Source: Wickerhamiella versatilis
Lineage: Eukaryota
Reading direction: 5' to 3'
NCBI GenBank assembly: GCA_030867685.1
Contig: JAQOWU010000008.1
Coordinates: 3,844,001 to 3,908,000, forward strand
Length of the DNA stretch: 64,000 bases
Part shown: one piece after another, positions 30,454 through 39,787 of the stretch
Numbering within the stretch: position 1 is the stretch's first letter
Layout: each line of letters opens with the position of its first letter
Program-made: the position numbers and the translations under genes
The notes under the pieces: model-generated
What the model was told of the DNA's origin: nothing
Database searches by the model: none
Seen by the model: the letters and a program-made list of their open reading frames with translations, nothing else

Positions 30454-33312
30454 CTATCTCTGCTTTTCACGCTTGCGGTCCTCTTGCATTGCTTCCTCCT
30501 CTAGGTCAGACCAGTCTGCAGCCTCTTCCTCGAGCTCTTCCTCTGGCTCGAAGTCATCCTCCTCTTCATCATCAAAATCTTCAGATCCTCCTCCTTCAGA
30601 AAAGTCGGATTCATCCTGAGGATTATCATCACTAACCTCAAATTCATCTTCCTCTTCTTCAGGTGCCTCCTCGTCCTCATCAGAAGCAGGATCGAGGAAC
30701 GACCAGCCACCATCGTTTACGAAGAATTCATGCGGAGCGCCTGAAATCATTCCCATGATTTCTTTCCAGTTGTAGTTCAGCTCTGCCTCATAGAAAGGAA
30801 TATCGACACTATCAAGCCATTGTTTTACAGCATCTAATTGTGTCACAGGAATAGCTGTTATGGAGACAGGTGCCTTCTTGAAGTCCCTATTCACTAATAC
30901 GAGATCAAACTGTCTCAATCCGAACCGAACACGTTCTAGGACTGCAACTTCTACCTCTGACAGAGTGACAACGAGGAAGGGCATCTCACTCAGCTGTACA
31001 AGACAATCACGCGTAGGCTGGAGGTACACGTTCGAACGGAATGGCACACCATTGAAACCCAACTCTCTAAATGGTACATCAACATCAATCTTGTCGCCAG
31101 TAGCTCGTGCAATTTGCTCCGCGAATGCGTGGAATTCGCGATTGAGCTGCTTCCTGAGTCTCCGTTCCTCTTGCTCTTGTTCTATCTCATCCTCATCGCC
31201 GTAACGATACCTACGCTTACGATTTCCCGTATCATCGTAAGAAACATCAATTGCTTCTCGGAAAAATTGTACGTCTTGCGTCTTACGCTTTCCTATGACT
31301 ATAGGATTCACGAGATGTGCGTGGATGATGACCATTACTTCATGATCGCAAGGTTGGAAAAATAGATGCTTAATGTTGCTGAAAAGCACATCCACAGTCT
31401 GCTCTTTTAAGGCCGAGCTGTAACGAAGACCATTCTTGTGGATTTCAAGCGAGCCGGCTACTTTTCGTCCCTCGGGTGCCGGTCTAACTTGAACCGGTTC
31501 AAGGCGTGGTGGACGTCGTTCTCGCTGCTCCACAAGGTTTTCTTGTTGAACCACATCTGCCATCTGCTCTCGCTCCTTCTCACGACGGGTTGTCTCTCGT
31601 TTAAGTTCTTGGATTTGACGGAACGACTCGCGCATGCGCTCACCATCCCTGCTACGCAAAGTAACACTTTTGACAAATGTAGCTAATGGATTATCATAAG
31701 GGACATCATCACGGCGAGCAACATTAGAGTCTGGAGAGTTGAAGTTCAAACGCACATAAGTATATTCTCCTTCCTCTGTTGCATTTCCATTTTTGTAGGT
31801 ATTTATGTGGAAGGGCACCGGTCGTCCAGAAATGGGCACCAAAACGGTCTGTGCGCGATGATCTACAGTCAATCTCAAGTTTTCCAATTTAGGAAGTTGG
31901 GTTTCACGCTTGTAAGACTCAAACTTCTTGAAATGAGGACCCTGGTCTCCCTCCTCACCCAGGGCTGCATCGCGGTATTTCGCCTGACCGGCCTCCTGTA
32001 GTCGCCGTTTAAGCTCGCCCTGGTGTTTTTGCAGTGCTGCTTCCGCATTTTCGGCTGCCTCACGCTTTGCCTGGTCTCTAGCGGCTCGTGGAAGCCTTTC
32101 ACGACGATCAGCTACCGGTTCAGGTTTGACATCTGCCAACATGAATGCAATATCCGACCTGTTTTGAGGAGCATCTGTGAACACAAGGGCACCATCAGAA
32201 GTGACGCGCACAGTATCAGCCAAGAGAAGTCCACCAGTGTTTATGCGTACGCACAACGTCATACCATCCCGCAGTACTGTGGTGTTGCCTTCTTTAAGGG
32301 CCAGATCCGGGTTCTCTGCCTTAAGGCCTATGCCGAACCCTACATTATCAACTTTGAGTTCAGGATTCTTTTCACGAAGATGCGCTGCCGTAGCTTCATA
32401 AACGTCAGCACATTTTGCACCATCACGAATAGCATCTATTGCCGCACGCTGGGCACCAAGAACAATCTGATACTGCTGTATTTGCTCCTTAGGAGTATCA
32501 ACGAGGAATGTTCTTGCGAGTGGTGAGCAATATCCTTTATAGCTAGACACAAGTTCGCATAAAATCACACCAGGTCCGAGATTGCCCTGGCGGCCCTCAT
32601 TCACCTGCGGATGTGCAGCCCAGTCAACATAAGATGGATCGAAATTGCTGGGTAGCTTAAGCTTTTTAAGAAATGCGTCGTCGTCAATTGCTCGACTAAG
32701 TCTGGACTCAATGCTTGAAATCGGCACTTGTCGTCCTTCATCCAGTATGCGCATCATCTCTTCGGCAAAAAGGTTCTTCATGATGCCACTTACCAGCTTA
32801 GAGCCGGTAAGCATTGAACGTAACTCAGAATCGTCCTTTATCTCGAGCAAGCGCGTGAATTCAGCTGTTAAGTCAACTTTCTCAGGTCGGGCATCTATGA
32901 TCTCCTGCCAAGGAGCCGCAATCTCGCTTGTAGCATGGTCACCCGAGAAAACAGCTGTTTTTGCATTTTCCGGTGCAGCCTCGGCGAGAATACCCTGAAG
33001 GAGCTCCTGGTTCCCGGCAGCCTCTTTCCCACGGACTACCACCTCAACCTCACGACTCTTGAGACCTCCCAGGTGTCGGACTTGTTTTGCTGCCGCTGCA
33101 ACCCAAGTCTTATTACGCCCTATGATGATAGCAGTGTTAGCAAATGGCCATCCAAGCAACCACATGTGGAGAAGGTTTGCCGTTTGCTTCTCTGTCTCTT
33201 CATCACCTCGGCTAAGCACTGTGACAAGGGCAGATGCATCGTTCTTTTCCAAAAGTGACTGTATGAGAGCTGCGCGCCGCTTAAACGCGTCAGGATCGAT
33301 GCTAACCGACAT
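30454..33312 (-). CDS. SPT16: FACT complex large subunit
   Basis: Peptidase-M24-like N-domain, PVPFHINTYKN, LEIHKNGLRY, HLFFQPCD, PFRELGFNGVP, LERV.FGL, acidic tail. Confidence 0.96.
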   Translation of the reverse strand: MSVSIDPDAFKRRAALIQSLLEKNDASALVTVLSRGDEETEKQTANLLHMWLLGWPFANTAIIIGRNKTWVAAAAKQVRHLGGLKSREVEVVVRGKEAAGNQELLQGILAEAAPENAKTAVFSGDHATSEIAAPWQEIIDARPEKVDLTAEFTRLLEIKDDSELRSMLTGSKLVSGIMKNLFAEEMMRILDEGRQVPISSIESRLSRAIDDDAFLKKLKLPSNFDPSYVDWAAHPQVNEGRQGNLGPGVILCELVSSYKGYCSPLARTFLVDTPKEQIQQYQIVLGAQRAAIDAIRDGAKCADVYEATAAHLREKNPELKVDNVGFGIGLKAENPDLALKEGNTTVLRDGMTLCVRINTGGLLLADTVRVTSDGALVFTDAPQNRSDIAFMLADVKPEPVADRRERLPRAARDQAKREAAENAEAALQKHQGELKRRLQEAGQAKYRDAALGEEGDQGPHFKKFESYKRETQLPKLENLRLTVDHRAQTVLVPISGRPVPFHINTYKNGNATEEGEYTYVRLNFNSPDSNVARRDDVPYDNPLATFVKSVTLRSRDGERMRESFRQIQELKRETTRREKEREQMADVVQQENLVEQRERRPPRLEPVQVRPAPEGRKVAGSLEIHKNGLRYSSALKEQTVDVLFSNIKHLFFQPCDHEVMVIIHAHLVNPIVIGKRKTQDVQFFREAIDVSYDDTGNRKRRYRYGDEDEIEQEQEERRLRKQLNREFHAFAEQIARATGDKIDVDVPFRELGFNGVPFRSNVYLQPTRDCLVQLSEMPFLVVTLSEVEVAVLERVRFGLRQFDLVLVNRDFKKAPVSITAIPVTQLDAVKQWLDSVDIPFYEAELNYNWKEIMGMISGAPHEFFVNDGGWSFLDPASDEDEEAPEEEEDEFEVSDDNPQDESDFSEGGGSEDFDDEEEDDFEPEEELEEEAADWSDLEEEAMQEDRKREKQR

Positions 33313-33313
33313 A

Positions 33314-33360
33314 CTGTGTCAACCCAGCTTGCCTTGCCGTGTAATCAATGCTATACTTAC
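33314..33360 (-). other. Candidate 47-nt spliceosomal intron at the 5' end of SPT16
   Basis: AG|GTAAGTAT donor, GTTGAC branch-like site, CAG acceptor 1 nt before the ATG. Splicing joins ATG 33371 (MQIS) in frame. Confidence 0.6.
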
Positions 33361-33420
33361 CTAATCTGCATTACGAGAGGGTGAAGCTCTACTTCGCGGT
33401 GGAATCAATTAGCTACCAAT

Positions 33421-34083
33421 TTAAGATACTACGCACATCCAGCCTACAGCGGTATAAAATAATCCCACCGGATAAATAGCAAGGAGAATTCTTGATTTTT
33501 GAACACCAGCCCAGCCTAGCCCACGATGGGCACTCCATTGGGCCCAGACAACAAGTGGAATTGACACTACTAGACGGACGATACGAAGCTGAACTACACA
33601 GCTAAAGGCTGCTGCTAAAAGCAGAGGAAACAGCGAATAGCCAGTAATGCTCAAAGCTTGAAGCCAAGATAGGGTCCCACCTAGTAACTTTGTATTAGCA
33701 GTAATCATGGCTTGTCCCACCCATATAAGGCTAAATACGACACTGAACGCTTGTGATCTTTGGCTCACGCTCTTAAGGCTCAGCACCAAGCTTAGAGTGA
33801 GGCTGAATACCAAGGGTCCCCAAAGGTCCCACTCATGATTTGCTGCTGCATCATAACGCCATCCAAGTGTCTGCAATAAAAGATGATAAAATCCTTTTAG
33901 GTCCCTCATGAAAGTTGCGGTTACAGGTTCATCCAAAGTGTCTCCACCTGAATATCTTCGCTGTTCCAGCCTTTCTCCGCCTGCATATTGAGTCTGCGGT
34001 GGTGCTTGGATTCTCTGCGGGGCATCAGGCTCAATGCTATCCTCCTCAATCTCAAAGTCATCCTCTATTAAATCTGACTCCAT
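33421..34083 (-). CDS. YIP4: Yip1-domain Golgi membrane protein
   Basis: DTLDEPV, EWDLWGPL, KLLGG.LS..Q....GY.LFPL, LA.YPV.LFY. Confidence 0.85.
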   Translation of the reverse strand: MESDLIEDDFEIEEDSIEPDAPQRIQAPPQTQYAGGERLEQRRYSGGDTLDEPVTATFMRDLKGFYHLLLQTLGWRYDAAANHEWDLWGPLVFSLTLSLVLSLKSVSQRSQAFSVVFSLIWVGQAMITANTKLLGGTLSWLQALSITGYSLFPLLLAAAFSCVVQLRIVRLVVSIPLVVWAQWSAHRGLGWAGVQKSRILLAIYPVGLFYTAVGWMCVVS

Positions 34084-34624
34084 CGCTCGTCGTCGGCTTG
34101 AGGATTACGTTACCTCCTCTAACTTGAGGAGGCTGTATCTCTCCACCACATCCTTAGAAGGATTGTACTTGCTTTAGAAATTTTGTGAATTGTGAGAATT
34201 ACGTGTGATTTAGAATCCTAATTATATGAAAATCGGAAGCATTGAACTCTTTATACATAGTTTGTTTCTTTCACCAATGTCGGAAACCCACGACATAAAC
34301 CAAGGGACAAGCGTAATGGAACATCTTCCACCTGGTCTAGAGATGCTTCATATCATCATTCGGTGTTATGCCGATTGCTCTTGAAGCAACTTTGATCGAG
34401 TAAGACTTAAGTCTATCATCATACGAATCGTGATAACATTCGCCCTCATTGAACGTTTTTTCTCATCGAAAGAGTCCCATAATAATTATAATCAGCTCTG
34501 GACCTAGGGTCTCTTTAACGTCGATGAAGTCAGGGTGCTTCTAAACATTGCTGCTGAAAATAGAACCAAATTTCTAACGTGCATATCCTCCATGTATTAC
34601 CCGTGAACAAGATATTTTTGAACT

Positions 34625-36040
34625 ATGTACCCGAAGATCTTTATTCTGTGGATTCTATTCGCAGATGTTCTTTGTGGGACATTGAAATTAGATGTGGACC
34701 GTCGCTTCAAAAGAGGTCTTGAGGATAATGTTGCCACCTTAAACAACTCGGACGTCCAATATCTTGTCGATATCCAAATAGGCACCCCGCCCCAAACTGT
34801 AACAGTTCAGCTTGATACCGGTAGCAGTGATCTTTGGCTCATTTCTGAGAACGGGATCTGTCCGGAATACTCACAATGTCCCCCTGAATACATTTTCCAC
34901 CCCTCGAAATCCGAGACCTTGAAAAGCAATCACTCCGACTTTCAATTACTTTACGGTGATGGTACAGGGGCAAATGGAACGTATTATAGGGACTTCGTTA
35001 AAATAGGTGACCTCAACGTATCAAGTGCTAACTTTGGCATTGCGAACAGTAGTGATACTGCACCCTCAGTTTTGGGAATTGGGCTCCAAGATAATGAAGC
35101 TGTTTTGGAGGACGAGTCTAATTATTCCAATCTTCCCCTGCAGATGAAATCTCAAGGTCTGATAGACACGGTGGCTTATTCTTTATGGTTGGGCAGCATG
35201 AACAATCCTACTGGCCAACTACTTTTCGGTGGAATAGACCATGCTAAATACGATGGCTCTCTAATCACAGTGCCTATAGTCAATCCAGATTCAGATGGAT
35301 CTAAGCCTTATGGATTTCACGTCATGTTGCATGGATTATGGATTTATGGTTCAAAAGGGCAAGAATCATCTGAGTTCATTGTACAGTGTGCATATCCTGC
35401 ACTGCTAGATTCTGGAAGCTCGGGAATTGCCCTGCCTGGATCCATGGCTCGAGCAATTTTATACTCTTTGGGTGCAGGACTAGATGTGGAAAGTGGGCTT
35501 TGGGTAGTGCCCTGCGATCAACCCGGCGGTTTACTTTTTAGCTTAAGCGGGCAAATAATAGCTGTTCCGTTCAAGCAAGTTATCACCTCTATGCCACAAG
35601 ACAAGAATAAGTGTATGTTAGGAATTGACTTTCGCTCTGACGGCGGCTGCATTCTGGGTGATACTTTCCTTAGAAGCGTGTATGCCGTTTTTGATCTGGA
35701 AAATATGGAAGTATCTCTAGCTCCCATGAAAGATACCCAGAAAGAGGACCTTGAAAGCATAACTGGACAAGTACCACGGGCCACCAGGGCCCCATCTTAT
35801 AGTTACACGAGTATTGCCTCAGATGTCAGTCAACGCGTTGCTCCATCTGTTTTTGGTCACTCTACTGTTTATATAACGACGATATATGGTGTTTCAGAGA
35901 CCTCGAGCTTGTTGCCATCGAGCAAAATATCCCAAATTACTGCCTCATTGGCGACAGCGACAGCAGAGACGGCATCAAACGGCGCAAGTCGACTAGATTG
36001 GGGCTTCTCGCTGCTCAAATTACTTTTGTACATCCTCTAG
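34625..36040 (+). CDS. Secreted/GPI-anchored aspartic protease (yapsin-like, A1)
   Basis: Signal peptide, RRFKR pro-site, DTGSSDLW and LDSGSS catalytic motifs, ILGDTFLRS, Ser/Thr tail and hydrophobic C-terminus. Confidence 0.9.
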   Translation: MYPKIFILWILFADVLCGTLKLDVDRRFKRGLEDNVATLNNSDVQYLVDIQIGTPPQTVTVQLDTGSSDLWLISENGICPEYSQCPPEYIFHPSKSETLKSNHSDFQLLYGDGTGANGTYYRDFVKIGDLNVSSANFGIANSSDTAPSVLGIGLQDNEAVLEDESNYSNLPLQMKSQGLIDTVAYSLWLGSMNNPTGQLLFGGIDHAKYDGSLITVPIVNPDSDGSKPYGFHVMLHGLWIYGSKGQESSEFIVQCAYPALLDSGSSGIALPGSMARAILYSLGAGLDVESGLWVVPCDQPGGLLFSLSGQIIAVPFKQVITSMPQDKNKCMLGIDFRSDGGCILGDTFLRSVYAVFDLENMEVSLAPMKDTQKEDLESITGQVPRATRAPSYSYTSIASDVSQRVAPSVFGHSTVYITTIYGVSETSSLLPSSKISQITASLATATAETASNGASRLDWGFSLLKLLLYIL

Positions 36041-36043
36041 AAT

Positions 36044-36046
<3 letters not shown>

Positions 36047-36074
<28 letters not shown>
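36047..36074. repeat. (AT)14 microsatellite in the convergent 3' gap; probably doubles as a poly(A) efficiency element
   Basis: Perfect AT dinucleotide run between stops at 36040 and 36105. Confidence 0.85.
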
Positions 36075-36078
<4 letters not shown>

Positions 36079-36104
36079 CCTTCTGCTCTAATCATTAAGC
36101 TAAA

Positions 36105-37466
36105 TTACTTCTCTTGGCTCTTTTTGAAATTCCACGAACGATCAAAATACTGATTTGGGTACATTATACCTTCAGTATACACTGTATGGTCATCTGGATG
36201 GGTAAGCTCATAAACCTTTCCACACGCCATGGTCACCATTCGCTGGCTGCTCAGCCGTTGAATTTCTGCAACCGCGGATGGGTCAGTGATGCTCATGTGT
36301 TCAAGTTGCTTCCCGAGGCGCTCAGGAGAAAGCCGTTGAAATGGGCAGCCATGAATGTGGTCAGAATCAGCAACTTTTCCCTTATCGTAAATCTGTTTGC
36401 ATGAGAGCGGCTTGTAATTAATATGGCCACCAACTGTCCCGTATTGATGACGAACCTGATATTCAACAGCTTTGCGATCGGATTCACCCCCTTGATAAGC
36501 CCGTCGCCATAAGCGGACAGCCTCTTCCAGTGGCATTCCAATATACTTTAAAAATCGCGTGTATTGCTCACGAGCGTCATAATGGGCATGTCGCCTGCGA
36601 CCCAGTTCTCTATGCATATAGCTTTGGCACATAGGGAGATGATGCTCACGATCTAGTGCATCCATTGAATCTGCAGTAATCTTTCCATTTAATTGCGCCG
36701 TGTCAGATTTGTAGCTTCCGAAACCGAATCCACTCGAAAGATTATCGAGTACAGGTAAGAGCCTTTGATCTTCATCTAGTCGTGAAATTAAGCGTGATGT
36801 GGCGTCCAGTGCCTTTTGGAGGCTCTTAGAATACTCATTAGCTATTAGTGATAGCTGCTGTGAATCCGGAACAAACGCCTTTCCGCCGCGTACGTAAACG
36901 CCACGACGTGCTACAAGATCCGGAACCGTCCCCCAATCTGTCTTGATATACTTTTCAGCTGCAGTTCCACCATTAGCCGCAGCCAGCTTACCCAATAAGC
37001 GGGTCTTTTCAGCCTCGTCCACTGTCTCCAGCTCAAGACCCAGAGATTCCACGAACCGGCGTCTATCCTCAGGGTCATCAGTAGAATAACGGAATTTAAA
37101 TAAAAGCGTTTCCAACCTTATAAATCGCGTCTTCAGCTCCGCGGATCGGCAAAACGCCAGTCGCAGTATATAGTGTGAGAAGTGGTCTTTTCTTCTCTCT
37201 TCATCGGTACTACGCTTGTTTGAAACGCTCAATGGAAGGTGTTTCTGAAGGACAGGCCTCATATCCCTCTCCATATCTCCGCGTGGCCGCGAACCCAGAG
37301 AATCCAGTTTGTCAAGCACCTGCATCCTGTCAATCGCCCACTGTTCAAACTGTTCCAAAGTGATTTCTTCTGTGGGAGGTTCCGTATATAAACTCAGTCG
37401 ATAAGGATATTTTGAATGCTTTTCAACCTCCAATGCCGTGCCACGACGCGGTTGTGTGCGAAACAT
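36105..37466 (-). CDS. PRI2: DNA primase large subunit
   Basis: PP.EEITLEQFEQWAIDR, KDHFSHYILRLAFCRS, Fe-S domain Cys (PMC, SC, HGCPF, AC), PNQYF.RS. Confidence 0.95.
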   Translation of the reverse strand: MFRTQPRRGTALEVEKHSKYPYRLSLYTEPPTEEITLEQFEQWAIDRMQVLDKLDSLGSRPRGDMERDMRPVLQKHLPLSVSNKRSTDEERRKDHFSHYILRLAFCRSAELKTRFIRLETLLFKFRYSTDDPEDRRRFVESLGLELETVDEAEKTRLLGKLAAANGGTAAEKYIKTDWGTVPDLVARRGVYVRGGKAFVPDSQQLSLIANEYSKSLQKALDATSRLISRLDEDQRLLPVLDNLSSGFGFGSYKSDTAQLNGKITADSMDALDREHHLPMCQSYMHRELGRRRHAHYDAREQYTRFLKYIGMPLEEAVRLWRRAYQGGESDRKAVEYQVRHQYGTVGGHINYKPLSCKQIYDKGKVADSDHIHGCPFQRLSPERLGKQLEHMSITDPSAVAEIQRLSSQRMVTMACGKVYELTHPDDHTVYTEGIMYPNQYFDRSWNFKKSQEK

Positions 37467-37467
37467 G

Positions 37468-37473
37468 ACGCGT
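37468..37473. promoter_or_regulatory. MCB-like element (ACGCGT) abutting the PRI2 start codon
   Basis: Exact MluI box; PRI2 is an MBF/G1-S target in S. cerevisiae. Confidence 0.45.
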
Positions 37474-37690
37474 GGAAGACGTGTGTATTAGCTAATATAA
37501 TAAATGAATTGATCAAGTCGCGAGCAGACCGGTGTGACTTTTCAGAGCTATAAGTAAGCAGGGTCACATTGGTCCATAGTTAGGGACGGTAAATACTGAT
37601 GAATTTCAAAAATCTTTAAATATTTATCTTATATTGACGGATTCTCCCTTGGGGTCGTTAGTAACTAAAGTACCATAGGCCACGGTTCTC

Positions 37691-38908
37691 TTACGCTACA
37701 CCACTTATCATTCCAATTCCATCCCAACTAGAGTTACTGGGTGTAATGTTTGGTGCTGCTTTCGAATTTGGAATCGAACCATCAATCAGTTGTATATCCG
37801 GCTTGCCAGGATTGTAGTTCGCCTGTGCGATCCCTGCCTGCATGTTTTCAAGATCATAGACAACATAGGCTGAACGCAAAAATGTATCTCCGAGAATGAT
37901 GTATTCACGTGAAAAGATATATGGCACTATACCGAAAACAGGACTACTCTGGTCATCCATAGGAATAAACAACTCTGATGGTGGTACGCTTATATTAACC
38001 CCTGAAAAAGTGAAAACAAGTGGTTCTGTAGGCTTTTCATCTGCCAAAACGTATAACCCAGAGGTCTCGTTGAACACTGCTCCATACTTTAGTGCGATTT
38101 TCTTAGCCACATCATTTGGCAGATATGTGAAAGTGGTGCCGGTGTCTAGTACACCGATCAATCCCCTCTTTTCAACCTCAAATTCAACCTCGAATGACCT
38201 ATGACTTTTAAACGGAATGGTATAGAGCTGACCAGTATATCTTGAATGGTCCACTGCCCCTAAAAGAAGTGTTCCTTTTTTGGCGAAAAAGTCATCGAGG
38301 TACAGAGAATAGGCAGCTGCTGAAATTACACCTTGGTCCCGGAGCGCGGTAGGAAAGTTTGAATAGTAGTCTAGTTTGGTGGCTTCTCCACCAATTGGCC
38401 CAATACCGAAGACAGTTGCGTTTATGTCCCTATATTCGTTGGTGACCGCGAATTGCATATTGAGAGACGCATTTCCCCACTTCAAAACGTCACTATAGTA
38501 CTTCCCACCTGCTTCCACACCTCCAACATAGTCTATCTCGAATCCATTGGAAATGAAGTGGCTTGTTGAACTCCTATTTGTATCATAGACCCATTTCGTT
38601 TCGTTTACGGATGGCCCATACACCCATAAATCCGATGAGCCTGTATCCATCACACTTTCAATAACCTGTCCAGGTGTTCCTAAGGTGAACTTTCCTCTGT
38701 ATTCGATGACTGAGTTTTTCAAAATCTCAGTTACACCTCTATTTCCTTGTTCTTCCGCTATTGCCAGGCGATGAATGGGACTTCTTGGGTTCCTCGGCAC
38801 GTTGCTTTCCACGCGATTGATTTTCAGACTGACATAGCCATTGTTATCATTGACTGGACCACACTCTATCACGGAACTCGTGAGAATTGAGATTAATAGT
38901 GTGAGCAT
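37691..38908 (-). CDS. Secreted aspartic protease (A1, SAP/yapsin-like)
   Basis: Signal peptide, MDTGSSDLWV and LDTGTT motifs, YSLYL, ILGDTFLRSAYVVYDL. Confidence 0.9.
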   Translation of the reverse strand: MLTLLISILTSSVIECGPVNDNNGYVSLKINRVESNVPRNPRSPIHRLAIAEEQGNRGVTEILKNSVIEYRGKFTLGTPGQVIESVMDTGSSDLWVYGPSVNETKWVYDTNRSSTSHFISNGFEIDYVGGVEAGGKYYSDVLKWGNASLNMQFAVTNEYRDINATVFGIGPIGGEATKLDYYSNFPTALRDQGVISAAAYSLYLDDFFAKKGTLLLGAVDHSRYTGQLYTIPFKSHRSFEVEFEVEKRGLIGVLDTGTTFTYLPNDVAKKIALKYGAVFNETSGLYVLADEKPTEPLVFTFSGVNISVPPSELFIPMDDQSSPVFGIVPYIFSREYIILGDTFLRSAYVVYDLENMQAGIAQANYNPGKPDIQLIDGSIPNSKAAPNITPSNSSWDGIGMISGVA

Positions 38909-39787
38909 GAGGATAACTTAGCACCGTTCCGACTCATTTTGCATTACTTTAATATGGCACTCATTATATAAATAGTACACCAAGAATATTTCATACACTT
39001 TTTTTCTGCAAAGCATATGAATGTCCCGGTAGATCCAAACCAAATATGATAACTATCTGGGTTGACGGAAGTACTAGTTTCCAACAATTTTATATCAATT
39101 CCTGATTATTTAGTTCACAAAAACAAAAACTCCATTCCCTGGGACAGGCTATTTTTTCACTGTACTGAAAGCTCAGTCCCACGCAAGATACAATTGGAAT
39201 CCCAATATGATCGAAAAATTCCTGTATCAATGTTTTTTTTATCACATAAATCTTATATTTTGTATCAAGTACTATTGGATCTATTATTGGATCTCACTGC
39301 GAGATTTAAGTTTCGATATCGACCCAAGTTAGCCCACTGTACGCAAGTTGGCTTGCAGAATCTCTTCAATCTCGCTGAAAACAGCAATATTTGGGCTCCG
39401 ATCTAACCAGTAAGCTCATAATTTGATGCCAAAATGCTGTTGTGGCATGCGCCACACAATTCAAATGTATTATGGTCTTCCCAGTGCATATCGAGTTTAG
39501 GGATTATGATCGAGGCCTGAAATATAGTCCTTTCACCACCAAATGCCAAGCCATGCACGATAGTTATACACAATGTATTTTTTTCAAGAAATTATATATA
39601 TACGAACCGAAAGAAAAGAAAATAAAAAACCTAATCTATGGTCGGGAGATGCCATATCATGCGGAGGGTGATTGGAATGATAGAAATTCAATATCAAGAG
39701 CAAAGTACTCCTGTTTAATGGATGTCCAAAAGAAATTAGTTGCCGAAGCAATGAAAGGGGGGTAATTTAAACACTTGAAAGTTAAAA

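Noticed and set aside
33354-33420. ATACTTACCT matching the U1 snRNA 5' end
   Set aside because: No room or U1-like structure before the YIP4 stop; better explained as the reverse complement of a splice donor.
39062-39765. Two 107-114-aa ORFs in the AT-rich gap
   Set aside because: Non-ATG starts, no motifs, low-complexity composition; no LTR or transposase features seen.
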